From an uncultured delta proteobacterium (lineage in GTDB: Bacteria > Myxococcota > Myxococcia > Myxococcales > Myxococcaceae), in assembly GCA_963771175.1 (NCBI GenBank), contig CAVYSY010000035.1:1-64000 (forward strand): a stretch of 64,000 nt of DNA. Direction: 5' to 3'. Shown here piece after piece: positions 1 through 13,262 of the stretch (position 1 is its first letter; every line of letters begins with the position of its first letter). The notes below the pieces were generated by a model that did no database searches, was not told the origin of the DNA, and was given only the letters and a program-made list of their open reading frames with translations. Both the position numbers and the translations under genes were made by a program.

Positions 1-194
1 GCGACGCTCGACTCACACCGCGAGTGTGGCCGGATTCGCGATGAGTTGCGGGCAGGCGCACGAGAAGGCCGTCTATTCCTCCTACGCTCCGAGGAGGCTC
101 CCAGCTTGGGCTGAAATCCCGTATAGGCCCTCCGTCCAATTGTAAACACGAGCGATCCGGAGGGCATGCCCCCGGGACTGCTCTGGAGGAGTGG

Positions 195-2273
<2,079 letters not shown>

Positions 2274-2284
2274 CCAGCGCTTCC

Positions 2285-2360
2285 GTGCGGCGCCTCGAGG
2301 CCGAGGCGCCGCACCGCAAGCGGCAGCTCGCACCACGCGTCCCCCAGGGGTCGCGTGGTG
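2285..2360 (+). terminator. Two tandem GC-rich hairpins after hppA (terminator or 3' stabiliser)
   Basis: GTGCGGCGCCTCG-AGGC-CGAGGCGCCGCAC (2285-2314, 13-bp stem) and CACCACGCG...CGCGTGGTG (2331-2360); no U-tract. Confidence 0.5.
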
Positions 2361-2670
2361 CCTCGGAGCTTCGGCTGGATGCAGGGACGGAGCTGGCTGG
2401 TGGAGGTGCGCGCCGGACGGACGCGCGACCCCGGCAGCGGCTCGAGCCGCAGACGTTAGATACCGAACACACCGCCAGGAGAATGTCGGACAGGGCCCCG
2501 GCGTGGTGGGCGAGCGCGTGCTACTTTTCCTCGTATTCCGCGACCGCCTGCGCGCCAGGCATCAGGAGCAGCAGCATCGGCCCCTGCGGGCCTGACGCGC
2601 GCGCTCGCACCCTCTCCCTCGGGTGTGAGGGAGGAGTGCCATCGCTGTTCCGCTGACAGAGAGGTGTCTC

Positions 2671-2868
2671 ATGGTCCTGGAACTCTCCCCGCAGCAGGTC
2701 AATCTCCTCCACGCCTGCCTGGCCGAAAGCGTCGAGGAACTGCACGACGAGGTCCTCCACACCGACCAGCACGAGATGCGCGGGGAGCTGAGGGAGAAGC
2801 TCCACCAGATGCAGGCCCTCCTGCGCCAGGTGGAGGCCCTGATGCAGCGGGAGCAGCCGTCCCTCTGA
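2671..2868 (+). CDS. Small hypothetical helical protein (65 aa)
   Basis: GAGAGG RBS, GC3-rich codons, amphipathic helical sequence. Confidence 0.7.
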   Translation: MVLELSPQQVNLLHACLAESVEELHDEVLHTDQHEMRGELREKLHQMQALLRQVEALMQREQPSL

Positions 2869-2990
2869 TTCGACTTTTGCGAGCCTGGCCCCGGCGCGAG
2901 GGCCACCGCAGAGCGAGAGGGAGTTCTTCCGAGCCAGCTCCAGCCCCCCCTCGCATGACGAGAGAGGGGGAGGCCTGAGATCGGTTTCGC

Positions 2991-5900
2991 CTACAGCGAC
3001 ATGCCGAGCCGCTGGCGCATACGCAGGAAGTCGTCGGATAGGGCGTAGCCGAGGAGCTGCTTCAGGTCCGTGCGCTCGCGCAGGGCCTGCAGCACGGGCT
3101 CGGGGGTCTCCACGCGGGCGGAGGCGAACTGCGGGTCATCGCGCAGCAGCATGCCGAGGCCCACCGACACGTCACCGCACATCAGCAGGCCCGCCCGGTC
3201 CGCCGAGAGGCCGAAGCCCTCCAGCACCGGCTCCAGCTCCACCTTGGGCTGGGGTCCCAGCTCCAGGGCGGCCGGCTCCAGCGCCTTGAGCGCCTTGCGC
3301 GAGTAGGCCCGGCGGAAGTTGCGGACGGCCTCCTCGCTGCCGCGCCCCAGCGCCGTGAACTGCGGGGCGAAGATGCGCACCGAGTTGCCGAACAGGTCCG
3401 CCGTCTCACCCCGCGACAGCTTGGTGAGCACCGCCGTCTTGTTCAGCAGGCCCAGCACCGCGCGGCCGATGAGGAACTTCTGCTCGCGGGCGTTGAAGCG
3501 GCGCACCACGTCCTGGCCCACGCACACCGACAGCGGTTCGGTCGTCTCCAGGGCGAGGAGCCCGCGGCGGGCCTGGTAGACCTCGAACTCCTCCAGGCCG
3601 AACACCTGGGCCACGGCGCGCACCGCCTTGAACACCGCATGGTCCGGCTTGAGCTTGTCGTTCTTGCGGTCCACCCCGAGCAGCTCGAACTGCGGCGGGT
3701 TGATCTTGCTGAGCTGGTCGCCCACGGCGCGCATCACCTCGAGCAGCGGCCCTCGCGCCGAGGGGTGCATCACCCCCGCGTCCACGTCCGCCAGGCTCAG
3801 GCGCTCTTGCGTCTCCTGCGGCAGCTTGATGCGAGTCTCCGTGTAGAAGGCCATCTCCACGTCGTTCGTCGCGCGCAGGAAGTGCAGCACCGCCACCGCG
3901 CAGAAGGCCTTGTCCGTCTGCTTGAGGCCCTCCCACAGCCGGAAGAGCGCGTGCAGGCTCTCCACCCGGGTGGGATCCAATCGGAGGATCTGCCGGTGCT
4001 CCTCGATGGCGAGCTGGGCCGAGGCCGCGTCGCGCATGTACAGGCCCGCCAGGGCGGCGCGCGCCTGGAGGTGGGTGGTGTCCCCGTCGACGATCTGCCG
4101 GTACAGCGTCAGCGCCTTGCCGGACTGATCCAGCGGGCCGGCGAACAGCTCGGCCACCTTCAGCCGCAGCGAGGCCGCGCGCTTCGTGTCTCCGCTGGCC
4201 TGGGCCTGGGTGGCCTGGGCCTCCAGCACCTGCGCCAGCTCCGGCAGGTTGTTGGCGCGCTCGTAGAGGACCACCAGTCGGTCCACCAGGGCCGAGTCGC
4301 CCGGGGTGAGCTCCAGCGCCTGGCGGTACAGCGTGGACGCGGTGGCGCCGTCACCGAGCCCCTGCTCGTGGATCTGCGCCAGCGTCACGGTGTGGCGCGC
4401 GCGCTCGACCACGGAGAGCTCCAGCGCGAGCAGCCGCTGCAGGCACTCCGTGGCGCCCGTCCAGTTGCGCACCTCCTGGAAGAGGGCGGTCAGACGCTCC
4501 AGTACCTCGGTGTTCTGGGGCAGGGCCTCGCGGGCGGCGTGCAGGTGGACGGCGGCGCGGCTCGGCTCGCTCAGGTGATCCTGGTACAGCGAGCCCAGCG
4601 TGAGGTGCATCCGCGCCAGGGCGGCCGGCTCTCCCCCGAGCTGGATGCGCTGGTCGAGCGCCGTGGCGGCCTCGGCGTACTGACGATCCTCCAGCAGCAG
4701 GCTGGCGCGCAGCTCGAGCGCCTCCGGGTGCTCCGGGGCGAGGGAGAGCGTGCGCTCCAGCAGCTCCAGGGCGCGGGCGCGGTTGCCCATGGAGAGGTGC
4801 GTCTTCGCCGCGCTGAAGAAGGCCGTCGTGGCCCCCTCCGTGTCGTTTTGTGCCAGCCGGGCCTCGCCGCGCCGCTCCTGCAGCGCCACCAGGTCCTCCG
4901 CGCCTCCCCGGGCGGCCAGGAGATCCTCCAGGCCCGCGGTCGCCGCGGCATCGAGCGGATCCCGCTCCAGCGCCTGGCGGTAGAGGGCCATGGCGCCCTC
5001 GATGTCCTGCAGCGGGCCGGCCGCGAGCCGCGCCGCGGCGACGAAGGCGTCGATGGCGGAGCGCGGATCCCGACTGGAGCGGGCCTCGGTCTCCAGCAGC
5101 AGCCGGGCGGAGGCGGCGTCCCCACGGCGTGACAGCACGCGCCGCAGGCCCTGCATCGCGGGCAGGCACTGGGGCTGGAGCTGCAGCGCCGCGCGGTAGG
5201 CCTGCTCGGCGCGGGTGGGGTTGTTCAGCTTCGACTCGTCCAGCTCGGCGCTGCGCAGCATCAGCTCCACGCGCTCCAGCTCGTCCGCCACCACCGAGAG
5301 GCGGCGGATGTAGAGCTCGGACAGGCCGGCCGCGTCACCTGCCTGACGCAGGGCGCGCTCCAGGGCGAAGGCGAGCCGCACGTCCCGCGGGTTCTCCGCC
5401 ACGGCGCGCCGCAGGGCCTCCAGGTCGGCGCCCTTGTCCAGGTCGTTGGCGGCGTTCACGCGCATGCGCCGTGCCCAGGCGCGTGTCCTTGAGCAGCTCG
5501 GCCAGGCGCAGGCGCAGCTCGCCCCGGCGCGCCCGGTCTCCGGCGCGGATGCGCTCCAGCGTCTTGAGGGCCGAGAGGTGGGCGGGCTCCAGCGCCAGCA
5601 CCGCCTCGCAGCACTGGGCCGCGCGCGCGGGCTCCTGGAAGTGGTCCAGGTACAGCCGCGCCAGCTTCAGGTACGCGGCCACCTTGGCGCCGGGCGTATG
5701 GGCCACCTGCGTCTCACGGTCCAGCAGGGCCACCAGCTCCTTCACGTCCTCGTCGGCCAGGTACAGTCGCTCCAGGGCGCGCAGCGTCGCGGAGTGGCCC
5801 GGCGTCAGCCGCAGCACCTCCTGGAACACGCCGATCGCCATGTCCGGCCGCTTGAGCTGGTCCTCCCAGATGGTGGCCGCCTGGTAGAGGGCGTTGGAGC

Positions 5901-8058
5901 GCTCCATCGGATCCGTGCGGTTGGCGGCCTCGGCGCGCAGCACCTCGATGAGGCTCTCCCACGCGCCCTGCGACTTGTAGAGCCGCGCCAGCGCGCGCAG
6001 GGCCGGGAAGTGGCTGGGCGCCAGCGTCAGCACCTCCTGGTAGGAGGCGACGGCCTGGTGCTCGTCCTTCAGCCGGTGCTCGTACAGCTCGCCGATCTTG
6101 TAGATGAGCGCCGCGGCGGCCTCGGGGGAGGGGGAGTACTCGGCCTCGGCCCGGTACATGCGGATGAGCGGCTCCCACTTGCTCTCCTGCGCGTACAGCC
6201 GACCCAGCGCCTTGAGCGCGGGCAGGTACGAGGGGGTGAGGGTGAGCACGCGCTCGTAGGCGGCGATGGCGCCCGCGCGATCCTTCAGGTGCTCGTCGAG
6301 GATCTCCGCGTTGCGGTGGTAGAGCGAGAGCACCTGCTTGGTGTCGCCCACCAGCGAGGCCTCCAGCTCCTGGTTGGTGATGAGCTCCTGGAAGCGGCCG
6401 GCGCGCTCCAGCAGTCGCGTCAGGTTGCGGATGGTGGGCAGGTGGTCCGATGCGAGATCCAGGATGCGCCGCATGCACTCGATGGCGTGGTCCAGATCGT
6501 TCAGGCGCTCCTCGTAGATGGTCGCCACCTTGTTGAGCGTGGTGATGAGCTGATCCCGGTCCTGCGTCTGGAGCAGGTCCTGCTCGTACATGGCCACGAG
6601 CTCGGCGAAGCGGCTCTGGCGCTCGTAGAGGCGGCTGAGGGCCTTCTGCGCGGGGAAGTAGCCCGGCTGGAGCTGGAGGCAGGTGTTGTAGCGCTGGATG
6701 GCCTCCTCCTGCCGTGCGAGCCGCTCCTCGAGCACCTCGGCGGCCTTGAAGAGGCGGGCGGCCTTCTCCTTCGGATCCTGCGCGGCGGCGCTCTCGGCAT
6801 CGAAGACGGAGACGAGGCCTTCCCAGTTGCGGGTGCGGTAGAAGAGCTTGCCCAGGCCGGCGAGCGCGGCGGCATGGCCGGGGATGCGCGAGAGGATGGT
6901 CTGGTAGCGGGTGATGGCGTCCGCGTCGCGCTTGAGGTCCTCCTCGTAGAGGGCGGCGAGGCGCAGGTTGATGCCCACCAGCTCGCTCTCGTCGTTGATG
7001 CAGCCCACCCAGGCGAGCAGCACGTCGGCGAGCTCCTCGAAGCGCTGGCTCGTCTCGTAGATGTTGGCGAGCGCGGAGAGGACGAGCGGCTCGTTGGGGC
7101 TCACGCGGCGGGCGTCGAGCAGGGCGGCCAGCGCCTCCTCCTTGCGCCCGAGCCGCTCGTACATCTTGCAGAGCTGGAGCCAGGCGGGAGCGCCCTGGAC
7201 GCCGAGCACCTCGGCCTCGGCGGAGAGGACCTCGAGCAGCTCCTCGGCGCGGCCCTCGCGCACGGCCACGCGCTTGAGGGCGTTGAGCAGGAGCAGATCC
7301 GTGCGGTCCAGCGCGAAGGCCTCGCGGAAGCAGGCGGCGGCCTGTTCGCCGCGCTTGAGCCGGTCATCGAGCACGAGACCCGCGGCGGTGAGGTAGTGGG
7401 CGCGCAGGGCGGGCGTCTCGAGCGCGGTGGCCAGCAGCCGGTACACCTCGACGAGCGAGGCGGAGTCGTTGCGCGCGGCGTAGAGCGCCTCGAGCTGGGT
7501 GAGGAGCGCCACGTCCTGGGGCTCGAGCTGCAGGCACTGGCGGAAGGCGGCGGTGGCGTCCTCCTCGCGCGACAGGCGCTCCTCGAGCAGGGTGCCCTTC
7601 TCGAAGAAGAGGGCGGCGCGGCCGCGGACGTCCTCGGTGGCGTTCAGCTCGGCATCGAGGAGCTGGATGACCATCTGCCAGTTGCCCACGTCGGCGAAGA
7701 GGCGGCGCGCGGCGCGGATGTTGGCGTGGAAGCGCGGCGCGAGCCGGTACGCGTTCTGGAAGGCGACGGCGGCGTTGCGCGGATTCTTGAGGGGGTCCTC
7801 CCAGAGCAGGCCGATCTCATGGAAGAGGAGGGCGGCCTGGGGCTCGTTGCCGAGGGCGCGGGCCTCGCGCTCCAGGGAGGCGACGCGCTCGCGAGCCTCC
7901 TGCTCGGGGCTGGCGGCGGGGGGGAAGGCGGACAGGTTGGAGGCGAGGGTCTCGGTCGCTGGCCGCTGGGGGGCGCCTCCCTGGGAGACGGCGGCCACGG
8001 GGACACCGGGGGAGGACAAGGACGGCGAGGTCCTCGGCAGGTCGTTACGCTCGCTCAT
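2991..8058 (-). CDS. Giant TPR-repeat protein (~1690 aa) with a C-terminal M48-peptidase-like domain lacking HExxH; split by one frameshift near 5466
   Basis: ORFs 5335..8058 and 2991..5465 are both continuous TPR arrays (A...Y..AL..DP....AL..L); removing one base near 5466 joins them; C-terminal EQKFLIGRAV...SADRAGLLMCGD. Confidence 0.85.
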
Positions 8059-8225
8059 GGGGAAGCCGGCTCCGTGAGAAGAATCGAGGCGGAAAATGCA
8101 GCCCTGTCGGGTCGTACCATGCGCCCGGCAGCTCCCTCAAGTTCCCGACTTCCTTGGTGAATTACCCCCAGTGAGGGCCTGTCGGCGCGGCGTGTGGCCG
8201 AGCGGGCGGGAGTGCGCATTCCCGC

Positions 8226-8269
8226 TTGACGGGGTGGACCCCTGGAGTAATGGTGAATGGAGGATTCGC
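8226..8269 (+). promoter_or_regulatory. Putative sigma70 -35 and imperfect inverted repeat (possible TetR operator)
   Basis: TTGACG at 8226; GTGAAT-GGAGG-ATTCGC at 8253-8269 just before the TetR start. Confidence 0.3.
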
Positions 8270-8278
8270 GATTCCGTC

Positions 8279-8893
8279 ATGGCCCAGTACCTCAAGGATG
8301 AAGTCCAGGAAGGCATCGCCGCCGCCGCGCTGAAGGTCTTCGCGCTGAAGGGGTACGAGAGTGCGACCATGGCGGAGATCGCGAAGGCCGCGCGCATCTC
8401 CACCGGCAACATCTACAGGTACTACGAGAGCAAGAGCGTCCTGTTCGAGGAGGTGGTCAGCGACGAGTTCGTCCGCACGTTCACGGACCTCCTGCGCCGG
8501 CGGGTGGCATCACTGGATGGGGTCTCCGACATCCGGACGCTCGGTCCGGCGGCTGCCTTCCATCTGGCCTCCGAGGAGCTCCTCCGGTTCTGCATCGACC
8601 ACCGGCTGCGCGTCATCGTGCTCCTGGGGCGCGCCCAGGGCTCCCGCCACGAGGGATTCTCCGAGCAACTGGTCCAGGACCTCATCCAGCTCGCCGTGGC
8701 GCACTTCCGAGCGCTCCATCCTCACACCCGAGTGACGGAGACGACGCGGTTCAACCTGGAGCAGATCTACCGGAGCCTCGTGGGGACGATGGTGGGCACC
8801 CTCACGAGGTTCGAGGACGAAGCCCTGATCCGGGAGGCCGTCGAGGGGTACTCCCGGTACCACCTCGCGGGGTTGAAGAGCTTCTTCGAGTGA
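8279..8893 (+). CDS. TetR/AcrR family transcriptional regulator
   Basis: N-terminal HTH AALKVFALKGYESATMAEIAKAARISTGNIYRYYESK. Confidence 0.93.
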   Translation: MAQYLKDEVQEGIAAAALKVFALKGYESATMAEIAKAARISTGNIYRYYESKSVLFEEVVSDEFVRTFTDLLRRRVASLDGVSDIRTLGPAAAFHLASEELLRFCIDHRLRVIVLLGRAQGSRHEGFSEQLVQDLIQLAVAHFRALHPHTRVTETTRFNLEQIYRSLVGTMVGTLTRFEDEALIREAVEGYSRYHLAGLKSFFE

Positions 8894-8961
8894 TGCCTGG
8901 ACGGCAGAGGATCGGCCAAACCGGCTGAGAGGACGCGCGCGGGTGCTAAGGTGCGCCGCGC

Positions 8962-9978
8962 ATGAAGCGCATCCTTATTGTCTTGTTCGGGCTCGTCGTC
9001 CTCGCCGTGGGCGCGGCCGCTGGTACCTTCTTCTGGGTGGAGCGCGAGGTTCAGCGCGCCGTGGCTCCGCCGGGCGCCGCCTCCGTGGAGTTCACCGTGC
9101 CCAAGGGGGCCACGGGCCGCGGCCTGGGGCCCCAGCTCGCGTCGCAGGGGCTGATTCGCGACGCCCGGCTGTGGCGCTGGCTCCTCTACCGCCGGGGCCA
9201 GTTCGCTCCCAAGGCGGGCCGCCACGCGGTGAGCCCGTCGATGTCGATGGCGGAGATCGCCACCGCGCTCGAGGCGAGCCCGATCGCCGATGACGTCCCC
9301 TTCAGCGTCATCGAGGGCTGGCGCCTGCGCGACACCGACGCGGCCCTGGCCGCCGCGGGCCTGATCAAGCCCGGCGCCTACCTGGCAGCCGCCAGCCACC
9401 CCGAGAGGTTCACCGCGTCCTTCCCGCTCCCGAAGGGCACGCTCGAGGGCTACCTCTACCCGGAGACCTACCGGGTGGTGCCCGGCTCCGTGAAGGTGGA
9501 GGAGCTGATCCAGCGCCAGTTCGACACCTTCGCCGAGCGCTTCTACGTCCCTCACCAGGAGGCCCTGGCGAGCAGCGGGCGCACCCTGCACGAGGTGGTG
9601 GTGATGGCCTCGATGCTGGAGCGCGAGGAGCCCGTGCCGGACCAGCGGCCGCTGGTGGCGGGCATCCTCTGGAAGCGCGTGGACAAGGGCTACCCGCTGG
9701 GCGTGGACGCCACCTCCCGCTACGAGCTGGCCGAGTGGAACGACCGGCAGGCGTTCCTCAAGCGCCTGCGCAACCCCGAGGACCCCTGGAACACGCGGCA
9801 CCGCAAGGGGCTGCCGCCGGGGCCCATCGGCGCGCCCACGGTGGAGTCGCTCCGGGCTTCGCTGGCGCCCCGGCCGAGCGAGTTCTGGTACTACCTGCAC
9901 GACGCCGAGCGGCGCCTGCACCCCTCGCGCAACGCCGAGGAGCACGAGGCGCTGCGCCGCAAGTACAACGTGTACTGA
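8962..9978 (+). CDS. mltG: Endolytic transglycosylase MltG (YceG family)
   Basis: N-terminal TM; LEGYLYPETY, MASMLERE, PWNT...GLPPGPIGAP motifs. Confidence 0.93.
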   Translation: MKRILIVLFGLVVLAVGAAAGTFFWVEREVQRAVAPPGAASVEFTVPKGATGRGLGPQLASQGLIRDARLWRWLLYRRGQFAPKAGRHAVSPSMSMAEIATALEASPIADDVPFSVIEGWRLRDTDAALAAAGLIKPGAYLAAASHPERFTASFPLPKGTLEGYLYPETYRVVPGSVKVEELIQRQFDTFAERFYVPHQEALASSGRTLHEVVVMASMLEREEPVPDQRPLVAGILWKRVDKGYPLGVDATSRYELAEWNDRQAFLKRLRNPEDPWNTRHRKGLPPGPIGAPTVESLRASLAPRPSEFWYYLHDAERRLHPSRNAEEHEALRRKYNVY

Positions 9979-10019
9979 TAACGGTGGCCCCGATGGGGCC
10001 CCAGAAGAAAGGACCCTCT

Positions 10020-10841
10020 GTGAACACGCTGAAGGGCAAGACCCTGTTCATCACCGGCGCGAGCCGTGGCATTGGCCTGGCGATCGCCAAGCGCGCGGCG
10101 CGAGACGGCGCCAACGTCGTCATCGCCGCCAAGACGGCCGAGCCCCACCCGAAGCTGCCCGGCACCATCTTCAGCGCCGCCGAGGAGATCGAGCGGGAGG
10201 GCGGCAAGGCGCTGCCCCTGATGGTGGACATCCGCTTCGAGGAGCAGATCCGCGACGCGGTGAAGCAGACGGTCGAGCGCTTCGGCGGCATCGACATCCT
10301 CGTGAACAACGCCAGCGCCATCAGCCTGACGGGCACGCTGGACACGCCGATGAAGAGGTTCGATCTGATGTTCGGCGTCAACGTGCGTGGCACCTTCGCC
10401 ACCACCCAGGCCTGTCTGCCGCAGCTGCTGAAGGCGAAGAACCCGCACGTCCTCACGCTCTCGCCGCCGCTCAACATGAAGCCCAAGTGGTTCCAGAACC
10501 ACGTGGCCTACACCATGGCCAAGTACGGCATGAGCATGTGCGTGCTCGGCATGGCCGAGGAGTTCCGCGAGCAGGGTGTGGCCGTCAACGCGCTCTGGCC
10601 GCGCACCACCATCGCCACCGCCGCCGTCAACATGCTCGGTGGCCAGGAGATGATGGAGGCCAGCCGCACCCCGGAGATCATGTCCGACGCGGCCCATGCC
10701 ATCCTCACCCGCGACAGCCGCGCGTGCACCGGCAACTTCTTCATCGACGAGGACCTGCTCCGCGAGTCCGGTGTCACGGACTTCGAGAAGTACAATGTGA
10801 AGCCCGGCACGCAGCCGCTGCCGGACTTCTTCCTCGACTGA
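10020..10841 (+). CDS. Short-chain dehydrogenase/reductase (HSDL2-like)
   Basis: TGASRGIG, NNASAI, YTMAK catalytic motif; GTG start after AAGGA. Confidence 0.93.
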   Translation: MNTLKGKTLFITGASRGIGLAIAKRAARDGANVVIAAKTAEPHPKLPGTIFSAAEEIEREGGKALPLMVDIRFEEQIRDAVKQTVERFGGIDILVNNASAISLTGTLDTPMKRFDLMFGVNVRGTFATTQACLPQLLKAKNPHVLTLSPPLNMKPKWFQNHVAYTMAKYGMSMCVLGMAEEFREQGVAVNALWPRTTIATAAVNMLGGQEMMEASRTPEIMSDAAHAILTRDSRACTGNFFIDEDLLRESGVTDFEKYNVKPGTQPLPDFFLD

Positions 10842-10876
10842 CGAGGGAGGGCTCGCTCGGGATTCGGAGGAGTCGC

Positions 10877-11431
10877 ATGACGAGGAAGTTGCTGCTGCTG
10901 TTGCTGTCTCTCGCTCTTGCCGCCTGCGCCCGGTCCACCCGTCCGGACGAGGCGGGCAAGGCCTTCAAGTCCTCCCTGGTGGTGCTGCTCGATCACCGGG
11001 GCGAGCTGGCGCTCACCGCCGAGCAGGTGGATCGGTTCGAGAAGCTGGACTTCGCGCTTCACGAGAAGAACCTCCCGCTCCAGTTCAAGCTCGAGAGCCT
11101 GCGCCCCAAGAAGGGTTCGACCGTCCGCTCCGGGTCCGGGGGCTACATGGGAGGAGGTTCCCATGACCTTCATGGAGGGAAGGGGGGCGTCATGACCGAT
11201 CCGGCGAATCCGGAGGTCGCGCAGCGGGAGGCGAGGCGCCTGCAACTGGAGGAGACAAAGGCCACGTTGCGCGAGATGCAGGACAACGACTCCAAGGCCT
11301 ACCTCGAGGCGGAGAAGTCGCTGAGCGAGGAGCAGAAGCCCCGGGCTCGAGCGCTCGTCACACAGGAGCGTGAGAAGCTGCTCAAGCAGCTCGAGGCCAT
11401 TCACCACCGGTTGCGCCGGGGCGACTACTGA
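10877..11431 (+). CDS. Hypothetical lipoprotein with a helical Spy/CpxP-like layout
   Basis: Lipobox LAAC; ELALTAEQ...LSEEQK motifs; GGAGGA RBS. Confidence 0.75.
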   Translation: MTRKLLLLLLSLALAACARSTRPDEAGKAFKSSLVVLLDHRGELALTAEQVDRFEKLDFALHEKNLPLQFKLESLRPKKGSTVRSGSGGYMGGGSHDLHGGKGGVMTDPANPEVAQREARRLQLEETKATLREMQDNDSKAYLEAEKSLSEEQKPRARALVTQEREKLLKQLEAIHHRLRRGDY

Positions 11432-11438
11432 GGGGCGT

Positions 11439-13259
11439 TCAGGCGAGGTGCTGGATCCAGATGTTCCGTGTCGCGACATGGGACATCTGGACCAGATCCG
11501 CGATGCGCTGCCCCGGGGGGAGGGGTCGGTTGAACGGGTAGCCCGACTCGCGGGTGTCCGTGGGGTCCTCGCCCGCATGGTCCTGCTCCCAGTCGGTCAG
11601 CATCACCATGAGCCGGAAGAGCATGCCCTCGTTCCGGCCGCGCGGCAGCAGCAGGTGGGCGGGCCAGCCGTGTTCACGCACGATGGACGCGTGGCGCGAG
11701 GGCCGGAAGATGACCGCGCGCTCCGAGGGGCGCAGCGTGTGGACGAACCGGTCCAGCTCCATCCACAGCCGGCGATCCTCGGCGAACGCATCCGCGGCGA
11801 GGTAGATGCGCACCGTCACCTTCTGCTCGCGCGGCAGCAGGTTCTCCACGCGCAGGAGGAAATGGAACGGGTCGTGGTCCAGGTGCGGCTTGAGCACCTC
11901 CCGCCCGTCCGGAAGGCGCACCGGGTGCTGCGCCATGCGGGTGGTGAGGAGATGGGTGCTCGAGCGGAAGGCCGGAGGGGGGCTGTTCCAGCTGTCTCCG
12001 CCGAAGGTGGCCTCGCCCCACCGTTGCCCGTCGAAGTCCGGTGCGGATGCCTCGGGGATATCTCGGAGCGGGCACAGGAGGATGTCCGGGCTCTGGTGCG
12101 CCGGAGAGTGCCCCTCGCCGAGCCACTTGCGTATCAGCACTCGCGGCCCGTCGGACAGGTCGTGCGGCGGCAGGTGGGTGCTCTGCCAGGCGTCGAGGAT
12201 GTCATCCACGTGGCGGTGCCAGCGGTAGAAGAGCGGCTCCCTCGCGGCGGTGGCCGGGGAGGCCATGACGCCGAGCAGTCCCGTCCTGCCAGGCGGAGTC
12301 AGGCTGGCCAGGAGGATGTGTCCCAGGTTGTGGTGCGAGCCGTAGTGACCGAGCGGATCCGCCCAGGCCTCGCCGTCCACGGAGCCCAGGTTGGACTCGG
12401 CGGTGTCGGCGAGCTGCTCCAGGCTCTCGATGAGGTAGGGCGTCTCTCCGCGCCACAGCAGCCCCGAGGAGGCCGCGGTGAAGAGGCGGTCCCGGCGCAT
12501 GGCGTGGTCCGTGATGCCGTAGCCGGGCAGGTCCCTCATGCTCAGGCCGGGAGGCCGGGGCGCGAAGCCCGGGAGCTGGGCGTCATAGCCCTCGTTGATG
12601 GGGGAGGCGTAGTCCGCCAGGGGCTCGACGCGGGGCATACCGAACGCCAGCCGCTCGGTGTCGTAGCGGGCCAGGAGTTGCTGGTGCGTGTACCAGAACA
12701 GCTCTCCCCGCCGTTCCGGGAGGAGGCGGCGCTGGGGTTGCGCCGGGTCCGGGTGACCGCCCGCCGGGTACTGGGTCCACCACGTGTCGAGGAAGTCGTT
12801 GAGCCCGGTGTCCTCGCGGAAGTAGTCGAGCCAGATCTCCGCGCCGGGAGTACCCGCGGGCCCCTTCCTGACGGGCGCCTTGCGCAGGGAGGGAAGCACC
12901 TGGTTCGGAGCGCGCTCCAGCAGGGACGGCACGGACAGTCCGCGGCCCTCGGGGTGATGGACGATGAAGACGCGTAGCGCGTACCGCACCCACTCGGCGT
13001 CTCCGTGTTGCACCTGCCGTTCGGCCTCGTCGAGCACCGCCGCCAGTCCCGTCTCTCCAGGGCTTGCGTTGGCCAGCTCCATGAAGCGGGCCGAGAGGGA
13101 CAGCGCGTGCTGGAGGTGGGCGGGCAGGAAGGGGAGGAAGCGATGCGTGGGGGAGGGGGGCGCGAACAGCTCGAGGTCCCCTCGGGGTGTCAGGGGCAGC
13201 GGAGCCGGTGCGGACTCCCGACACAGCAGGGCCCGGAGGCGGGTGTGCAGTGCCTCCAT
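11439..13259 (-). CDS. Arthropod-type hemocyanin/prophenoloxidase superfamily protein (N, M and C domains) with a degenerate CuA site
   Basis: YFREDTGLN, RRGELFWYTHQQLLARYDTERL, YGSHHNLGH, GVM...TAAREPLFYRWH, HLDHDPF, VRIYLA, WMELDRF, GWPAHLLLPRG, GYPFNRP. Confidence 0.88.
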   Translation of the reverse strand: MEALHTRLRALLCRESAPAPLPLTPRGDLELFAPPSPTHRFLPFLPAHLQHALSLSARFMELANASPGETGLAAVLDEAERQVQHGDAEWVRYALRVFIVHHPEGRGLSVPSLLERAPNQVLPSLRKAPVRKGPAGTPGAEIWLDYFREDTGLNDFLDTWWTQYPAGGHPDPAQPQRRLLPERRGELFWYTHQQLLARYDTERLAFGMPRVEPLADYASPINEGYDAQLPGFAPRPPGLSMRDLPGYGITDHAMRRDRLFTAASSGLLWRGETPYLIESLEQLADTAESNLGSVDGEAWADPLGHYGSHHNLGHILLASLTPPGRTGLLGVMASPATAAREPLFYRWHRHVDDILDAWQSTHLPPHDLSDGPRVLIRKWLGEGHSPAHQSPDILLCPLRDIPEASAPDFDGQRWGEATFGGDSWNSPPPAFRSSTHLLTTRMAQHPVRLPDGREVLKPHLDHDPFHFLLRVENLLPREQKVTVRIYLAADAFAEDRRLWMELDRFVHTLRPSERAVIFRPSRHASIVREHGWPAHLLLPRGRNEGMLFRLMVMLTDWEQDHAGEDPTDTRESGYPFNRPLPPGQRIADLVQMSHVATRNIWIQHLA

Positions 13260-13262
13260 CGC

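Noticed and set aside
5434..8160. 908-aa plus-strand ORF and similar long antisense ORFs (e.g. 15823..17610, 44936..47272, 49951..52371, 57564..59474, 62189..63727)
   Set aside because: Shadows of well-supported opposite-strand genes, expected in GC-rich DNA; no motifs
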